Source: a virus. From it: 39,938 bases of DNA. How positions within the stretch are numbered: position 1 is the stretch's first letter; each line of letters starts with the position of its first letter. Both the position numbers and the translations under genes were made by a program. Positions 38,136-39,938 of this stretch are shown piece by piece. Under the pieces are notes generated by a model. It had not been told where the DNA came from and made no database searches. It saw nothing but the letters and a program-made list of their open reading frames with translations. The DNA is taken from IMG/VR virus record IMGVR_UViG_3300045988_020036, positions 1 to 39,938 of that record. The stretch is one strand, 5' to 3'.

Positions 38136-39527
38136 TTACTCCTTTTTGGGTGGAACAGGGAAAATGTGTTCTCCCCTGGATGAATAGTGAATTGCCACTC
38201 TGTTGGAATTGTGATATTGATCATTTTTGAAGTATTGCCCAACTATGATATCGGTATCTACATATTCAACAATTTTATAGTGCCCGTCCGGCTTCTTCCT
38301 TGCGTCAACGTCTCCAGTCGTTGCATATTTTTGTAAAACGATATCTAATTCCTTTTCATCAATAGTAACTATATTTTGCGGCGTTTTACCAGTTTTCTGT
38401 CTCTGTGCTAAGTAGGTTTTATACTCATGCGTTCCTTCAATATGCTTCCGCTGCTGCCCCCTATTTAACTTTAGCGGGATTTCTCCGGAATCAATCTTCT
38501 CCTTTAGTATAGCACGGTTTTCCCCATTTTTCAACTCATTTTCCAGCTGCTTAAGTTCTAGTTTCTGCGTTTTTTGCAATTCTAAATCTTTCCCGGCTTT
38601 CCATTCCTCATAACTCACCTTACCCAGCTTAGATGCTCTGGGTGCATTTGGATCATGGAACTTATCAACGGAAATCATGGTGCAACGGCAATTGTAAATC
38701 AGGTATCCCGGTGCGCTTGGGTCTCCAGGATATCGGATTTTGTAACCGCCAACCTCAAACGGCTCGCCAATGTCAACCGTCTGTCCATCCAGCATTCTAT
38801 GCTCATGCCGTGTCTTTCCGTCCAGTGTTGCAAGCCACTGCTGTTTGATCTTGATACCCATCGACTTTGCCTTTTGATAGGTGTCAATTCTCCCGGCACA
38901 TTCGGCAGCTGTTGTGGCAGTCCGGGCATTCCTCACCGCAGCATTATAGCCCATCTGCGCAACGGTCACAAGCCGCTGAGCAATCTCAGGAATGGGGTCA
39001 CCCAGAAGGATGCCTTTGGTGATTGCAGCGTTTATGTGCTGACGATTCCACCGCATATCCATAGGAATGTCCACAGACGGTAGGGGCAGAATATCAGGAT
39101 CATCCCGAATCAGCCGCTCTACGGTGCTTCTATCGTACAATGTCCAGGACAGATTCACGTTCATGTTCTTCTCGATGGCGAAGGCGGCATAGTTGGCATT
39201 GGTGGCGTAAACATCCAGTGCTTCTTCTCCTACAATCTTCATTGCAATCTTGTCGGCATTGGTGAAGTCGGTAGTCAGAACATCTATCATATCCTGCAAA
39301 TGCTTCGCCTTGCCCAAGGTTTCTTCGCGCCATGCCTTATATGCCCGCTTCTTCATCGTCCCGGCTTCTACCATTTCGGCATATTTCTTATCTTCGCCCG
39401 CAAAGGTGTCGAGGATTCCTTTTAGCCGCTCCTTTGCTTCCTCCAAAGTCTCGCCGTACACCTTGCGGATTTTTCGCTCCATGGCATCCAGCCGCTTGTC
39501 TGTCCACTCATGCCCATAGTCTGCCAT
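38136..39527 (-). CDS. Head morphogenesis protein (SPP1 gp7 / Mu F family) fused to a C-terminal Ntox50/PBECR-like RNase-toxin domain
   Basis: MuF core: WLATLDGKTRHEHRMLDGQ...YPGDPSAPGYLIYNCRC. C-terminal ~110 aa: GQQRKHIEGTHEYKTY...GDVD...IVGQY...RVAIHYSSRGEHIFPVPP, which matches the toxin-50 signature (Q.KHI.G...Y ... IG.Y ... IHYS..G.HI.P..P). Confidence 0.85.
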   Translation of the reverse strand: MADYGHEWTDKRLDAMERKIRKVYGETLEEAKERLKGILDTFAGEDKKYAEMVEAGTMKKRAYKAWREETLGKAKHLQDMIDVLTTDFTNADKIAMKIVGEEALDVYATNANYAAFAIEKNMNVNLSWTLYDRSTVERLIRDDPDILPLPSVDIPMDMRWNRQHINAAITKGILLGDPIPEIAQRLVTVAQMGYNAAVRNARTATTAAECAGRIDTYQKAKSMGIKIKQQWLATLDGKTRHEHRMLDGQTVDIGEPFEVGGYKIRYPGDPSAPGYLIYNCRCTMISVDKFHDPNAPRASKLGKVSYEEWKAGKDLELQKTQKLELKQLENELKNGENRAILKEKIDSGEIPLKLNRGQQRKHIEGTHEYKTYLAQRQKTGKTPQNIVTIDEKELDIVLQKYATTGDVDARKKPDGHYKIVEYVDTDIIVGQYFKNDQYHNSNRVAIHYSSRGEHIFPVPPKKE

Positions 39528-39530
39528 AGG

Positions 39531-39938
39531 TTATTCCTCCGGCTGCTGATTCAGTTCCTCTACCTGTGGATTGCTTCTCTGCATCATTACGCCCATCCGC
39601 TTCATGTCCGTTTCATCTCTCCGCTTCAAAATGTCAGGCACTTCCTCCGGCAGAATCCAAGGAAGGTGATTCAATACGGTTTCATCGTCCAGGAATTCAG
39701 CCGCAGAAATAACCATATTTGTCTGCTCTGACAGGTTTGTGACCTTGTTCCATGTGAATTTTGGCTCAGGGTCAGGAACGCCAGCGACAGCACAAATCTG
39801 CTGGATAAAGTCGATCAGGCAGTATTCAAAATCCGCACACTTGTTGTCCTGCGGCTGATATGCCGCCTCAATTTCTGTTGCGGTCTTCTCCACAGCGGCA
39901 AGAGCTGCCACATCCAGCATTTGTGCATCTTCGTACAG
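39531..39938 (-). CDS. Portal protein, C-terminal part (continuation of 1..1131 across the circular junction; 39798-39938 duplicates 1-141)
   Basis: Stop at 39531-39533. The frame is open to the window end and in phase with the 5' part. Confidence 0.88.
   Translation of the reverse strand: MYEDAQMLDVAALAAVEKTATEIEAAYQPQDNKCADFEYCLIDFIQQICAVAGVPDPEPKFTWNKVTNLSEQTNMVISAAEFLDDETVLNHLPWILPEEVPDILKRRDETDMKRMGVMMQRSNPQVEELNQQPEE
39798..39938. repeat. Second copy of the 141-bp terminal direct repeat
   Basis: Identical to 1-141 by eye. Confidence 0.95.

Overview
The window is a complete, circularly closed temperate siphovirus genome. It has 39,797 unique bp, and bases 1-141 recur exactly at 39798-39938. 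The phage is SPP1-like in its packaging and head genes and probably infects a Firmicutes/Clostridia-type host. All protein family names below come from reading motifs by eye; no searches were run.

Nearly all genes are on the minus strand, in this order:
- An early-lytic operon starts at a promoter near 15000. It runs through small early genes, a Cro-like XRE gene, a recombination set (Gp157-like, Sak4-like ATPase, DUF669 SSB-like, DUF1064) and a replication set (replisome organizer, G39P-like loader).
- A DNA-modification/anti-restriction block follows: a C5-methyltransferase-like gene, a radical-SAM gene, Lar, an ASCH gene and an N6/N4 methyltransferase. A RinA/ArpU-like regulator sits within this block, just upstream of the N6/N4 methyltransferase.
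- Next are TerS and TerL, then a portal gene that wraps the window junction.
- Next are a MuF protein with a C-terminal toxin-like domain, then scaffold, capsid, connector, tail, tape-measure, tail-tip and fibre genes.
- The lysis cassette follows (M15 endolysin, Dp-1-type holin).
- The strand ends with a seven-gene cargo cluster, bracketed by terminators and abutting attP.

The plus strand carries the lysogeny module: an XRE repressor, a lipoprotein, a membrane-anchored HTH protein and a tyrosine integrase. After it comes an attP region whose core looks like the 3' end of a tRNA.

The observations most worth follow-up:
1. A self-contained antisense small-RNA gene inside the early operon (consensus promoter plus a strand-specific terminator).
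2. Two perfect-consensus promoters arranged face to face with overlapping -10 boxes at the lysis/lysogeny switch.
3. The cargo cluster, which encodes a BclA-C-terminal-domain-like (C1q/TNF-like) protein and several Gln/Gly/Trp/Cys-rich low-complexity proteins.
4. The MuF-toxin fusion with candidate immunity genes and an internal terminator splitting the head module.
5. The pairing of a radical-SAM gene with a C5-methyltransferase-like gene.
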